64,000 nucleotides of DNA, from positions 15,419 to 79,418 of the forward strand of contig MCFE01000415.1 of NCBI GenBank assembly GCA_002104905.1. Reading direction: 5' to 3'. The stretch is from Basidiobolus meristosporus CBS 931.73 (lineage: Eukaryota; Fungi; Basidiobolomycota). Positions 12,145-25,386 of the stretch are shown piece after piece (position 1 is the stretch's first letter; each line of letters opens with the position of its first letter). Made by a program: the position numbers and the translations under genes. The notes under the pieces were generated by a model that saw only the letters and a list, made by a program, of their open reading frames with translations, was not told the origin of the DNA and made no database searches.

Positions 12145-13758
12145 ATGCAGTTTCTACGTCATTCTGCAAGTAGGACGCTGTCAGGTGTTTCGAAGGTTAG
12201 CATACGCTTTATATCCTGTGAGAGGAATGCTGGTCATCGTGTACGGCGAAAAGACCTACGGAGCTCTGAGCAAGATGTAGAATACGTTCTCAAGAATGGT
12301 ACTCAATCTACGAGTAGTTGTAGCTAATAAATACTAATGCTCATTCAGGTCTGCGCCACGTAGAACCCTACTTTTTCACACACAAGACCTTTGCCAAAGA
12401 ACGCTGGCTCGGTCGACCATTAGTGTCCGTGCTCCAAACCGAATTCAAGGACAGACCAAGCGAATACTACGTAATTTTCCACATAAATGATAGATATCGG
12501 AGGAATATTTGATTGAAGTCTTGTTCGTTAAAGCAAACGGCGGTGATGGAGGGCTGGGTTACCGTGAATGGAGTTAAAGTCTCACCGGACTATACGTTCA
12601 AGCCCCATGATATATTGGCACACACTCTACATAGACACGAACCCCCAGTGACCAGTGACCATATCAAAATCATATATGAGGACGAGAATATGCTGGTTGT
12701 GGATAAACCAGCGAGTATTCCGGTGGGTCATACTCTCAATATGCTCCGATCCACACAAGCTAATGATTCTTCTAATTGTAGGTTCATCCTACTGGGAGGT
12801 AGTTCACATGCCCTCCATATTGTAAATCGATCACCAATACTCATTCTGCCATACAGATACCAGCACAACTCTATACTAAATATCTTGAAGCATGACCACG
12901 GCTATCAATCCCTCTTTCGTACGTCATGATTCTGCTGAATGCCACCACTCTATCGATACTGACTCCGCCACGTGTAGCGGCAAACCGTCTCGATCGACTC
13001 ACATCGGGTATCTTAATCTTTGCCCGAACGAAGGAGAGCGCGCAGCTCATTGAGAAAGCCATGCGAGCAAGGGAAATTCAAAAACAATACGTATGTAGAG
13101 TATTGGGTGAATTTCCGAGGTAGGCACCTCATCCCTCGAGCTACTTCAGACATGAGACTCAGTGTTTTCCTTAGGGAGGTCGTTTGTGATGAGAGGCTGC
13201 TGACGGTGTCGCACAGGCTTGGACTAAATGTGGTTAGCCCCCAAGGAAAAGAGAGCACCACCGTGTTTGAACGACTCTTCTTTGATGGGGAAACAAGTAT
13301 TGTACGATGTAAATACCTCCAACACTGCTGAACCTGTGTATAATTCAGTGACCGAACCTTTGTCGCTAGGCAAGCCAGTCACCGGGCGAACTCATCAGAT
13401 ACGCGTACACCTTCAATACCTTGGCCATCCGATAGCAAACGATCCACTTTACGCGAACTCCAATGCTTGGGGGCCCGATCGTGGCAAAGGAAAAGTGTAT
13501 GATGCTGCAGAGTGCGAAAGCGTGATTGAGGAGCTAGTGGCGCATGAATTCCTCAGTGGTGGCAAGGTGATGCCCGAGCGTGCTCTATGTCAAACATGTA
13601 ATATTCCAACATACTATGACCCACAGCCGGGCCAGTTATGTATATGGCTTCATGCTATACAGTACGCTCTAAACAACTTTACCTTCCAAACCGATCTCCC
13701 ACTGTGGGCCAGTCGAGATTACTCACCTGAAAAATACAGGCATCTGATCCAGTTTTAA
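12145..13758 (+). CDS. RluA-family pseudouridine synthase (Rib2/Pus8/Pus9-like), multi-exon; possible mitochondrial presequence
   Basis: [56 protein letters not shown] across spliced exons. Confidence 0.9.
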
Positions 13759-14040
13759 ACAATCTAACAATCCCCATCAGTTTTTAATGGCGGCTATCAC
13801 CCTTTGTGGTAGAGTTTTGTGGCACCTGATATATAATTCTGAGACATGAAATTCCATAGAATAGTAGAATCCTGGTATAGTTGCATATTAAATCATACCA
13901 TACAAGGCAGGACTATGGATTTCAACAAGTGTACAACATTGGTCTCTCATCCCTGATGTTGCCTCGGGAAACCGAATCAGTGATCCCTCGAACGTATTTA
14001 AATGTGGCCCAGGAGGAACATCCTCATCACACTACTGACC

Positions 14041-14346
14041 ATGTCGAAGTTGGTATTTGCAATCATCCTTACTTTTGCATATGTTTTGTCCTTCGTCTCG
14101 GCGCTTCCCATGGCTGGCTTCTCAGGAACAAATTCCAATTCCTTCGTCACCCAGAGCGAATCTGAGGTTGGGCAGCCTATAGACGAATGGGATCTTGCTT
14201 CCGACTTCCAGCTTGCTGAGGACGATGCCCTGTTTGATACATGGCTGGCAGAAGATGAAGAAGAGGACTACGACCTTACTGTGACAAACAACTACGATGC
14301 ATATCTTGACATCGTAGAAGATGGCTCATTGTGGAGATATTTGTAA
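14041..14346 (+). CDS. Small secreted acidic protein of unknown function (101 aa)
   Basis: Clear signal peptide MSKLVFAIILTFAYVLSFVSA; Asp/Glu-rich mature part; coding-like composition. Confidence 0.7.
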   Translation: MSKLVFAIILTFAYVLSFVSALPMAGFSGTNSNSFVTQSESEVGQPIDEWDLASDFQLAEDDALFDTWLAEDEEEDYDLTVTNNYDAYLDIVEDGSLWRYL

Positions 14347-14877
14347 TTATGCCCGCAATCTTAGTCGGTTTTGACAATCGATGGTTTCATTGCCTTGAAC
14401 AACCCCAATACGTCTATCTTCTTTGTAGTGCTCCCCTCCCCATGTAAATCTCGTAAATATGAATATGCAACAATGGTATCTAGAAAATCTAAAAGTAAAG
14501 AAGCTTATCTCATTTCGCTATGAAACTTATTCCACGCTCCTCTCCATTCTCTAAATTGATCTATACTCCAAGTGTCTCAACTCGCGGAAGGGTGACACCA
14601 ATAAATTTGGTGGAACATACTCCTAGGGTTTGAAAAGGTTCAACTTTAACCCGACTAAGCATCCACTCTAGATTACGTAGGGTTGCCGATGGGATCATGC
14701 CTAAACTGGTGGTTATGTTATGCCCATTTCGCCCAGGATAATCACGAAGATGATGCCTAAAAAAAGCGCCTGTGAGATGTCGCGAATTTGAATACTGGGC
14801 TTGACCTGAGCTACGGAGTACCTACCTTGCATTTCTGTTTATCCCACAAGGAGCGATTGTTCAACGTTAGATTCAGC

Positions 14878-17086
14878 ATGGGTAAAGGAACAGGTATTTA
14901 TATCTCCCTTACGATCAACCAGTTTATGTTGGAGAGATTAAGCCGTGCGATCCATAGATAAAATGTACATCACTCATAGCGAGTGGTCCAATGACTTTAG
15001 CGAAGGGGGTATGTCTTTTGGTGGAGCCAAAACTAAAAAAAACACACAGATATTTAAACGCCTCCCTTTCTATTGCTGCTCCTTAACGCTCCAGCCATTT
15101 GAACATCCTGTGTGTACCCCCGAAGGGACAGTTTTTGATTTAGAGTATGCACTTTATTTGCGGGTTTCTGGGAGTATACCTTGACCAACCGGCTTACCCT
15201 CTTTTCCAACCTAGGAGTATCATCCCGTACATTAAGAAATACGGAACCAATCCCGTAACCGGGGAGAAATTGGAAACAAGTAGTTTGATCAAACTCAACT
15301 TTCACAAAAATCCCGAAGGTAAGGCCTTCGTTATGGCCGCGAAACCAGGACTGCCCAGAGAATAACCGGAGCTCTTCGTCCATTGTACCAGGTGAATATT
15401 GCTGCCCAGTCACCTTCCGAGTTTTTAGCGATCATACACACATCGTCGCTGTCAAGCCTACCGGGAATGTGTATGCTTACGATACAGTGGAGAGGCTCAA
15501 CATCAAGCCCAAATATTGGCAGGATCTATTGACGGACGAGCAGTTCACCCGCAAAGACATCATCACTCTCCAGGTACGACGCGCTAGACTGCCCGGCTAT
15601 TCTACGATCGAGTATTTACGCGTTTGTTTAGGATCCTCACAATGTCGAAGGAAGAAACCTCACGACATTCCATCACCTAAAGAATGACCTAAAGGTGTTA
15701 TCGGAGGGTACGGTTGGCTCACAAAGGGATGCCTGTTTGGTCAAAAGATGCTAAACCATGTTCAACGTATCTAGAGGAGCTGGCAAAAAGAGATCCAATG
15801 AATAATATCACGAAGGTCGGAACCACTGGCCGAGTTCTCGCTGAGCTGAAGGCAAAAGAGGCCGAAAAGGTACCTAATCCCCAAGCTTTTGTTAGCAGTA
15901 TTTGACTGACACCGACGCCCAGGCTTCGAAAACCCCGGTCTCCCCAGAAAGCAAATCCAAAACACCATACAATGCGGCACACTTTTCTACTGGGCGAGCT
16001 GCCGCTGCGTTTACCTCCACCGCTTTCACCCCAGTGACCGTCAACGAGAAGGCGCTGATAGATGAAGACGAGTTCATGTACCAGGAAGTGAAGAAGAAGG
16101 GATACGCCCGGATTCAGACCAACTTTGGCGATATCAACGTTGAGCTTCATTGCGATCATGTAAGCGACTTCAAGCATGGCTCACATCCATCACACTCCCC
16201 CAACGCTTACATCGCTTGTTTAGACACCCATGACCTGTCACAACTTCATCCTGCTTGCGAAGTCGGGATATTACAAAAACATCAAATTCCATCGTCTGAT
16301 CAAACATTTCATGGTAACGATTCACAAGCGGTTACGCGCGATCATACAGCCTACTCACGTATTTTTAGATCCAAGGTGGAGATCCTACTGGCACCGGTCG
16401 CGGCGGGGAGTCGGCTTGGAAGAAGGATTTTCGCGACGAGTTCAAGGGAAACCTTACGCATACCGGACGTGGGATTCTTAGCATGGCCAATCGTGGGAAG
16501 AACACCAACTCGTCACAGTTGTACGTAACGATCAGCATCATCCCGCCTCATTACTGACGTACTCACCGCTCCCCCACTCTGTAGCTTCATTACTTTCCGA
16601 TCATGTAACCATCTGGACAACAAGCACACCGTTTTCGGGCGTGTTGTCGGCGGGATGAACGTGCTGGACAAGATAGAAATGATCGAGACTGACGACAAAG
16701 AGAAGCCGGCCAAGGATGTGATCATCAAGGACGTGATCGTCTTCGTCGATCCTTACGATGAGTACAAGAAGAGCCTGGAGAAATCCCTGAAGGAAAAAGA
16801 AGAAGAGCCAGCCAGAAAGATAGCCGAGATGGAGAAGGAGAAGGTATTTCCAAGGTTCTGCAGACACCCAGCGATCTCTGATGCTTATGTAACCATTGTT
16901 TAGGATAAATCCACCTGGTTCGGCCCAGCGAAGGTAAAGTCCACCAGCACAGCAATCGGAAAGTACATCAGCGCCGAAAGCAAGAAGAGAGACAACGACG
17001 GTGCTTCGGATATCCCGGAGAGCACCGGCGAGCCCAAAAAGAAGAAGCTGGGCACATATCAGTTTGGCGATTTCAGCGGATGGTGA
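14878..17086 (+). CDS. PPIL2: U-box + cyclophilin peptidyl-prolyl isomerase (PPIL2/Cyp60-like), multi-exon
   Basis: [57 protein letters not shown]-terminal FGDFSGW*. Confidence 0.93.
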
Positions 17087-17170
17087 TAGGATATTATAGA
17101 TCAATTAACAACAACAATAACAACAACGAATATTGAAACCCCGATGCTCTATTTTATTGTTCGTATTGAT

Positions 17171-18346
17171 TTAGACGAGACATGAGTCGCCACATGATTC
17201 ATCGGACGGATTGGGGCTTCTGTAGTATGGTTGCTGACCTAGGCATGTAGGCAGACTGACCAGCCTCCAACCACGGCATTTCAGATATTCTATGGCACGC
17301 TGGGCCAACGGCAGTGTTTTCGGGTAGTTCGGGAATCGGAAGTCAGCAGTGGAATTCCAGACATCGTGATTCAAGGCAATGAATTGTCCCTCCAGCGGGC
17401 TAGTATTACCGGTCTGATATGTGTATTCCAAGTACTTCTCGTCTATGCTGTTGGCAGGGGTCCAATCAACTGGGTTCACATTCCATGTGACGACTGTGTA
17501 ACCCATGCGCTTCAGAACCTTGCGCGAGTTGCTATCGGTATCTCCATACGGTGGACGCATACAGGTAGGAACCACGCCAAGAATATTCGCAAATGCACGA
17601 TTCAATTTGGACATCTCGTAGGTGACATTGTATTCGTTGACGGTGATCAGGTTAACATGAGACCAGGTGTGTGAGCATATTTGATGCCCAGAGGCATACG
17701 CCTTTCTGACTACATCAGACAGCTCGTAAATTGTGTTGATGGGGTTTCCAGTTCCCTGATTTTTCCAGTTGTAGCCATTCATAAAGAATGTGGCTTTGAC
17801 CCCTACCCGATCCAAGTAATCGATCAAACCGGAGGTCAGTACGCTTGGCCCATCGTCGAATGTGATCGCGAATGTCCCGGGTACTTGACATGCCGTGTAG
17901 ACTGATGCCTCAACCCCATCGTCACATCCACCGAAGGTATTCTGGCATCCGGCACCACAGTGATCCGATGTGTAACCGCAGTATCCGTTTCTACTACAGC
18001 AAAGACCTGGCGCACAAGAGCCAATATCCGCGCCACACCTCTGGTCCAAATATCTTGAGCCTACAGTAGGCAGGGTTAAGGCAGATGAAGTGGTAGAGGT
18101 AGTTGTAGTGACGCTACTGCTGGTGAAAGTGCTGCTGGGAGCAATGGTGTCGGTACTCTTGGAAGCGTTGGTGACGGTGCTTGTAGAAGTGGTAGCAGTA
18201 GCGCTCCCAGAGCTACCGGTCAATGTTGGCTGGCTCTCAAATGTGCCAACTTCTGTTGGAGTGCCACTGGTCTGCTGTGATAATGCGCACTCCAACAGGG
18301 AGAAAGCCACAACTGAAAAGATTGCCAAGGTGGTAGGAGACTTCAT
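17171..18346 (-). CDS. Secreted chitin deacetylase (CE4) with CBM18 chitin-binding domain and Ser/Thr linker; intronless
   Basis: Signal peptide; CG..G.C..G.CCS..GYCG....CG.GCQ hevein motif; TFDDGP, HTWSH, RPPYG, HD motifs. Confidence 0.93.
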   Translation of the reverse strand: MKSPTTLAIFSVVAFSLLECALSQQTSGTPTEVGTFESQPTLTGSSGSATATTSTSTVTNASKSTDTIAPSSTFTSSSVTTTTSTTSSALTLPTVGSRYLDQRCGADIGSCAPGLCCSRNGYCGYTSDHCGAGCQNTFGGCDDGVEASVYTACQVPGTFAITFDDGPSVLTSGLIDYLDRVGVKATFFMNGYNWKNQGTGNPINTIYELSDVVRKAYASGHQICSHTWSHVNLITVNEYNVTYEMSKLNRAFANILGVVPTCMRPPYGDTDSNSRKVLKRMGYTVVTWNVNPVDWTPANSIDEKYLEYTYQTGNTSPLEGQFIALNHDVWNSTADFRFPNYPKTLPLAQRAIEYLKCRGWRLVSLPTCLGQQPYYRSPNPSDESCGDSCLV

Positions 18347-19140
18347 CTAGGTGGAATGTGGTTCATGAAAAAATGAAACGGAGGTATTTAAACTCACACA
18401 TGGTTACACCCGCATATTGTCCATCTTGCTCAGTAGACACGGCAATTGGCTCGCGTTGCTTCCATAAATACGCAGCAACTCGGAGTGCGCCTTCGTTAAC
18501 TAGGCCCAAATTCGGAATAGGATCAAGAACGGCAGCGCAAGGAACCTTTATTCAGATTAAACCTGCTCCGTGATTTTGTTAAGAACCGGTGTTACGTGGA
18601 GGGTGCTGGATAAGGGCTATCTTTCGGACTTTATTAGCTGGCTTGAGTTTTCTCAACTCCATAGATGGCAATCACGAAATTGTTGTGCCACGAAGAGAAT
18701 ATGCACCTTAGCCTCAGTTACAAATTATTACCAAGACAACGACTTTTCAGTGCCGTTATCTGGCAGATCATGAGTTTGCAACGCATCAGTATGCCAATTG
18801 GCAGGGCTTCCCTAAGGTTGCGTGTTGATAGGCATATCTTTGCAAGTGATACATGTACACAGTAGCCCGCAATCTAGTTTTGAAAATAGATGAACCATCC
18901 GATCGTGCGCATGGACATTTCGTGATGGATATGATACCACGATTTATCCACACGCATGATGCTCGTTATTTTAGGTCAGCTTTGGAGAGTTGATCAAGTT
19001 TAAGCCATCATGAACGGGTGCTTGATTAAATCCAGGCGAACATCCGAACTTCAACGAAATTTTTTATTCCATCAAAAAAAAGGAAAATACGGTAAAAGGT
19101 GTGGGAGGAATTGGGTGTGGCTCGACGTTGTTGGAAGAAC

Positions 19141-22100
19141 ATGCCAAGCGCTTGCCCAGAATTCATTAGTGTTGGTTGCAACAAAACCACCCAGGCTTCT
19201 GCTTGGGGTAAGGACGGCTTAGTGGCCTTCGCTGCGCAAAACAATATCGCTCTATATAGACCAAAGGTAACCGTTACACTCACACAGCCGCGCGCATTCA
19301 ATAAACAGTGTTCTGATAATATGTCGAAAGGATCCTTCTCACAAGGGTGTTGAGAGTACCCTTCTGGGTCATGGTGGTCGTGTAAACTGCCTTCAATTTA
19401 TCAATAGAGGTACACATTTGTTTGCCCGAGAGGTTTCCTACGGGTGGTTAGGATTCACACGCACGTCAATTGGATTTAGGACATGAATTTGAGCAAAGAA
19501 ACGTTGCTTTGGTTTCGGGCTCTACTGATCAAACAGTCAGAGTTTGGAAGGCCCAGGAGGACGGCAAGGTTTTGGGTTCATTTCTATGTTTGTTGCTGTC
19601 GCGTATATTCATGCTTATTCGTTTTTGAAGTGGATCACTTCCGCTGTTCTTACAGGGCACACCTCTCCTATCACCGTTATAGGTTGCGTGCGGTCTCGTT
19701 CCATCGTCTCTGAGTATGACTTGTTTGCAACTGGCTCGACCGACGGCACTATAAGAATCTGGGAAAGGAAGGAAGGCTCCGCCGGTGAACCAGGTTCGAC
19801 TCTTGCACCAAACTGTTTCGAAATGGTATTTCCTTAATCTAATATTTTGTTGCAGATACGGTTGAGTGTAAGCAAGTCATTGAAGTGGGAACAAAATATC
19901 CTCTATCTCTATCGATCTCCATATTACCTGGATCCAAAGGTACCCCCGTCGGCAGGGCATATGCATGATGAAAGACAACTCAAAGCCTAACAACTCTCTG
20001 ATTAGTACCAATCATGGCTTGCGGCAGTACTGACATGAAGGTCCACCTCTACGTGGAGAAGAATGGAGAGGTAGTTTACTACGATTTTCTGGCGAATGTA
20101 GCCATTTTTAATCGTCAAGTACGTAGTTTGTCAAAGTGCTTTCTCTGCAAGGACATGAGGACTGGGTTCGAACCCTTGCATTCACTACCTATCTGCACGA
20201 CGACAAAGAGGAGCTCATGCTTGCCAGTGGCTCACAAGATCGTTACATCCGGTTGTGGCGCATAGTTGAATCTTCACAAATCGAGAAAGACGAGCACAAC
20301 AGCGGAGATTTCACCAAAGATATGCTTGACTCGTTGAACGAAGCTATGAGGTGCGACATGTTGTCAAGTCAGACCATCTATACCGACTAACGTTCTTTCG
20401 GAATCCAGCAAGGACGGAGCAGTGCAGCTTAGCACCAAGGCTCATATCATCGAGGTTGGATCAAACGAGATGGAAAAGTAATTGCTCCCGTTGGAAAATT
20501 GCTTGCATGCAGAGAAGCTAACCTTCCGAAAACAGAAAACGTTATACCGTGATGTTGGAGGCCCTGTTGATTGGTCATGAGGATTGGGTATATAGTGTCG
20601 ATTGGGCACCAGCCACTGAAAGTATGTTTATTGCCTTGATGATGTCGCCGCAATTTATGGATGCTAACCTGCTTTGATCGAAAGAAAATGGCACTTACAC
20701 CCAACCGCCTGTCTTGCTCTCTGCTTCAGCGGACAAATCCATGATGATCTGGACGCCCGAGGAGGAAGGAGGCGTTTGGCTTACGCAGGTGAGTTCGACG
20801 TGTTTTGCATCCCGATGCGCATGCCGTTCTTAACACATGTCTTTAGGTAAGAGTTGGTGAAGTTGGTGGTAACGCTTGTGGATTTTACGGTGGCATGTTT
20901 GGCCCTGATGGAAAATCCATCCTTGCCCACGGTTACAATGGCACCTTCCACTTGTGGGGCAATACATCTGAAAACGGTACGGGGCTTACAGCCAGGTCTT
21001 CTACCCAGCTCACTGTAGTAATATGATTTCTGCAGAATGGCAACCTCAAGTTACAATCAGCGGACACTTCAAGCCAGTCCAAAACCTTGCTTGGGACCCT
21101 ACTTCTCTCTTCTTTGTGTCTGTCAGGTTCGAGACTTACCAGGAATTATTTCGTTGTTGAGCAGCATTGCTTACCAATCTTCGTCCTACCAGTCATGACC
21201 AAACTGCTAGACTTTTTGCTCAATGCGTTTATTCCGACTCGACATCACAAGGAGAAGCCAATGCTTGGCACGAGATCGCTCGCCCCCAGGTTCACGGCTA
21301 CGACGTCCAGTGCTTAGCATTTGTTGATAACTATCGCTATGTCAGCGGCTCTGACGAGAAGGTACTTACAAATGCCTGAGCTGAACCAAAATGGAGCCTT
21401 AACCCTCGGAAAATTCTAGGTTCTCCGCGTTTTCGATGCTCCTCAGACATTCGTCAGCACTTTGGCACAGCTCACTGGTAAACAAGAGCTTTTGGAGGGA
21501 GTGGTATGGGGCTTCGTATTTGTTGTATCGTGTATGAGATCTACGCGTATTAATCCAACCCCAACCAACAGGCTCAAAGACCCCTAACTGCCAATCTCCC
21601 CGCACTTGGTCTCTCCAACAAGGCAGTTTTTGCAGGTGATTAATACATGAATTGACATGGTGAACGATCCACTCAACCCTTCGTTGTAGGTGATTTGGAG
21701 AAGGAAGCAGAGTCTGAGGATGTCCTGAACCGTCAAAATTTCACCGCTGCTTCTCTAGCCCCAGCATCAGCTTTGAAAGCCTCGGATCACCCACCATTTG
21801 AAGAGTTCTTGGTGCAGCACACTCTATGGCCCGAGGTCGATAAGCTTTACGGACACGGCTACGAAATCATGTGTGTTGGAGCTAGCCATGACGGCAAATA
21901 CATCGCATCCGCCTGTAAGGTACTTTGATCTGACGTTATTGATCACACGCATTGTTACACGCCGTGCTGAACAACCAACCCCAATGCAGGCCGCAAGTGC
22001 ACGTCACGCCGGACTTCGACTATTCACAGTCAACAACTGGAAGGAAATCACACCACCCCTCGCTTCTCATGTACTTACAGTGACGAAGGTCAAATTCTCG

Positions 22101-22871
22101 TGGAACGACAAATACCTCCTCTCAGTGTCCAGAGATCGTTGTTGGACACTCTTCGAGAAGACCGAGGATGAAGGTTTGTTGGACGCTTCCTCACGGAATC
22201 ACGTGCCACTGCTAACTGTCGAACCACCAGAGGAGCCATTTGTACAGGTCGCCAAAGACAAGCCGCACGCACGTATTATCTGGGATTGCTCATGGTCTCA
22301 CGACGACCGTATTTTTGCCACCGCCTCTCGTGATAAAACCGTAAGAGTCTCCTTCAGCATCATTAAGAGTACACAGTAATAATGAAGCATGGGGATTTAG
22401 GTGAAATTCTGGTCGGTCAACTCCACCCCCGAAGGCACATCGGTAACCCTTGCCGGTAGCATCAAGCTGACAGAGAGTGTTACTGCCATTGACTTTGTCC
22501 CCTCCACTGTTGATAACAAGTATGTATCCTGAGCATCACCCGATGGGAGATCTCCTACTAACCTCGAGATAGATATGTGCTAGCGGTTGGCCTTGAAACT
22601 GGGCAACTTTTATTGGTCCACGGACAGATTGGTGACAGCAACAATGAATGGGAAATCCTCTATCAGTTTGACCCCAGGTACATCATCTTACATTACCAAG
22701 AAAATGTCGACCTCACCAGCTAACGAATTATCGGACGTCTTTAGCATTTGCCACAGCGGTACGGTCCATTCACTGGCCTGGCGTCGCCAAACTCCCTCGG
22801 AGGCCGAACCATATCAACTGGCCACTGCAGGAGAAGATCACTCCGTGCGTCTTTTCCGGATTCGCATCTAG
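19141..22871 (+). CDS. ELP2: Elongator complex subunit 2 (WD40), many introns
   Basis: FISVGCN start, [80 protein letters not shown] end. Confidence 0.93.
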
Positions 22872-23091
22872 GAGGGATCGGTGGGAGGTGGAGTCTTGTA
22901 TGTAGCTATATACGCCAACCCCGCCATTGATTCGGCAAAAACCAACCCTTTTCTTTACCAGGTGTGTAGCCCCTGACTTAATAAATGGATCGACTCACAT
23001 TGGAATAGCCGTTTATAGACGAAAGGGAGGGCAACATTAATATTATAGAAATACAGTGGGATGCAAATGGGTGATTGTTTTGGGGATGCGA

Positions 23092-23850
23092 TCATACAAT
23101 CCTAGGGGAGGGCTGGGTGAATGTTCGGTTGGGGGATGGACTTCTAGGTGGATAGGTGGCTTGGCGTGGTGGGTAAAGGGATTGCTTGGGTGGGTATTCG
23201 GGCTGATTCAGTCGCTGTGGTGGATACGCATGAGTCTGCATCTGGCGGGGCAGGTTAGGCGAGGCTCGGGGAGATGGCAGCTGGTTAGGCTCGTCGATAT
23301 CGCTGTCTGATTCAGAAGATAAATCGTCAAAGTTGTCCAGCGTGAGGGTAGATGGGGTGGAAGTAAACGAGGGGGCTTTCCCCACCAGACATTCATAAAC
23401 AGGGACCCAGTCTTCTGGTCGAGTGGACGAGGAAGTGAGTACGAAACCCATGTTCAGCTCAATCTCACCGCTGACCACATCTTTTGAAGATTTCTTTTCC
23501 AGAGGATACCATATGGTTCGCTTCTGCGAGGGGTCAAACAGAAGGGGAACCCCATCAATGAACAGCTCCCTAAATGACAGGTTCAGCTGACCCATGAAAT
23601 CTCGGCCGAAGAAGTCGTTGTCCCAGCAAACGACCTGCAGAAATTTGGGAGGGTTTTTCATGTTGATCTTGAACTCGAAGGTGGTGTCCCATGTGGGCGA
23701 GAGTGACTTCGGGATCACTTTCGTGGTTTTCTTCTTGTTCTGCAGCTTGACCACGACAAAGGGATCGGACAGTCCGTTGCTATCTTTGGGTGCTAGGTTC
23801 CTTGCTCTGATCACCTGGATTTTCAGGGCTGATATCGAGTGTACAGACAT
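23092..23850 (-). CDS. Stand-alone C2-domain protein with Pro/Ser-rich tail (Psd2 C2A-like)
   Basis: LKIQVIRARNLAPKDSNGLSDPFVVV, WDNDFFGRDFMG, SGEIEL; 252-aa intronless ORF. Confidence 0.85.
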   Translation of the reverse strand: MSVHSISALKIQVIRARNLAPKDSNGLSDPFVVVKLQNKKKTTKVIPKSLSPTWDTTFEFKINMKNPPKFLQVVCWDNDFFGRDFMGQLNLSFRELFIDGVPLLFDPSQKRTIWYPLEKKSSKDVVSGEIELNMGFVLTSSSTRPEDWVPVYECLVGKAPSFTSTPSTLTLDNFDDLSSESDSDIDEPNQLPSPRASPNLPRQMQTHAYPPQRLNQPEYPPKQSLYPPRQATYPPRSPSPNRTFTQPSPRIV

Positions 23851-24278
23851 GTTGGCAAGGTTGGGTGAGTACCGAGGATACCGACGGGCAGCAACATTTA
23901 TACTTTTGAGTTCTCTTGGCTAACCCAAGCGAGGGCCAATGGTTGCGAGTATCGGTAATTACTCAGCCTTTGCTTGTGTTCCCAAATGAATAATTTAGAA
24001 CGTATGCACAGAAGATCGCATGGGCAAGAGATCTGGATTCCGATGTAATCTGTGCATGTGTTGCTCTCCTGAGAAGCAGCATTGAGCAAAGCCAAGCGCT
24101 GTACTCGTCGTAACCAAAATGTCGCACGAAATAATCATCTATTAACGCAATCTTGTTGGGTGGGTTGTTTGTATCCCTTTCGAGATTTATTTGATGGATA
24201 ATATACATGATAGGTAGGGGCGGCTATAGTGGTGGTTGTAGCGGGTGTGAATGGGAACATATATATAAATGAATCTGA

Positions 24279-25386
24279 TCATTGCTCTTTACTAGCCACT
24301 TCGATCTCCTGGGAAAATGTACTCTTCGACACGTTTCTCGGAGTAAACCCAGGAATGTCCAATTTGGTTTCTATGGACTCGTCATCAACTAGCCAGCAAT
24401 CGATCGATGGGGGCGGCACTCGAATAATGGCCATCGTCTCCTCCCTTGACTATGGCGCAGAGGTTACAGAGTGGGAGATCATTCCAATCATACCCAAACG
24501 GGTTCTCCAGCTCACCTCCAATCGCCAGAATCCCAAACAGCGTAAAGGCAGCCGCAGCGCTTACCAGGAGGGTTACCCAGCCGAGTGGTTCGACTATCTG
24601 GTAGGGCAACATGAGACAGTAAGCCCAAACAGTCTGGGCCAAATGAATGGAGTAGGCAACAGGTATAGGGGTCCGCAGAATTCGCTCAAACCCAGTGAGA
24701 CAGTCAATCAGGCTGTTGATGGAATTTGTAAGCAGTGTAAATAATGGGGCGTCTATATTCCCTCGCTCCTTTTGGTGTTGGATGAACGCCGTTAGATGGA
24801 TGGTGATCTCCAAGGGCATGTTGGAGCCTGGTGCTTTGCTTTGTGCTGGCGGGACGATAGGCCGAAGTAATTGATCATCCCGCGGGTGGTTTATAGAAGT
24901 GGGTGTGCGGTATTTATGGTGAGATGAGCGAAGAAAAGGCGCACAGTCAGGCGTGACATCCCGATAGTCATATTCCTCGCGTAGATAATGCTTTGTGGCC
25001 TGCGCATAAGAGATCAAGAGCTTGATGGCTGCCTCCTTGATACTTCGGTCGTTTTGTGATTTCTCGCCCACATTGATCCAAATCATTCGAGTCAAAGAGC
25101 GGATATTTACAATCTGCGTGCTCCACAAACGACGCCCTTCCCAGTAGCGGTCGTAAGCAGTGTTGGTTCGGAAAACCAGAAGAAGAGAGGTGACCATTCC
25201 AAGAATGGTGACCAGATTATCTTTGATGTTCAACCGGAGGTCGGTGAACCTATGAATCGATACTACGGCTGCGCTGTAGGCAGTCAAAAACAGCACCTTT
25301 ACTATGATTCTTGGGATGATTGACCTTTTGAGGCGAAGAGCAAACGGCCACCGGCGCTCGTATAGAGGGGGCATATTGTAGACCAT
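24279..25386 (-). CDS. Bestrophin/UPF0187 (YneE-like) anion channel; probable 1-bp frameshift near the C-terminus
   Basis: LLLVFRTNTAYDRYWEGRRLW, GFERILRTPIPVAYSIHL, IGGELENPFGYDWNDLPL. As read, the frame stops at 24385; the alternative frame runs to 24279. Confidence 0.85.

Noticed and set aside
17100-17130. (AAC)n tract
   Set aside because: Short imperfect microsatellite between convergent genes; ordinary.
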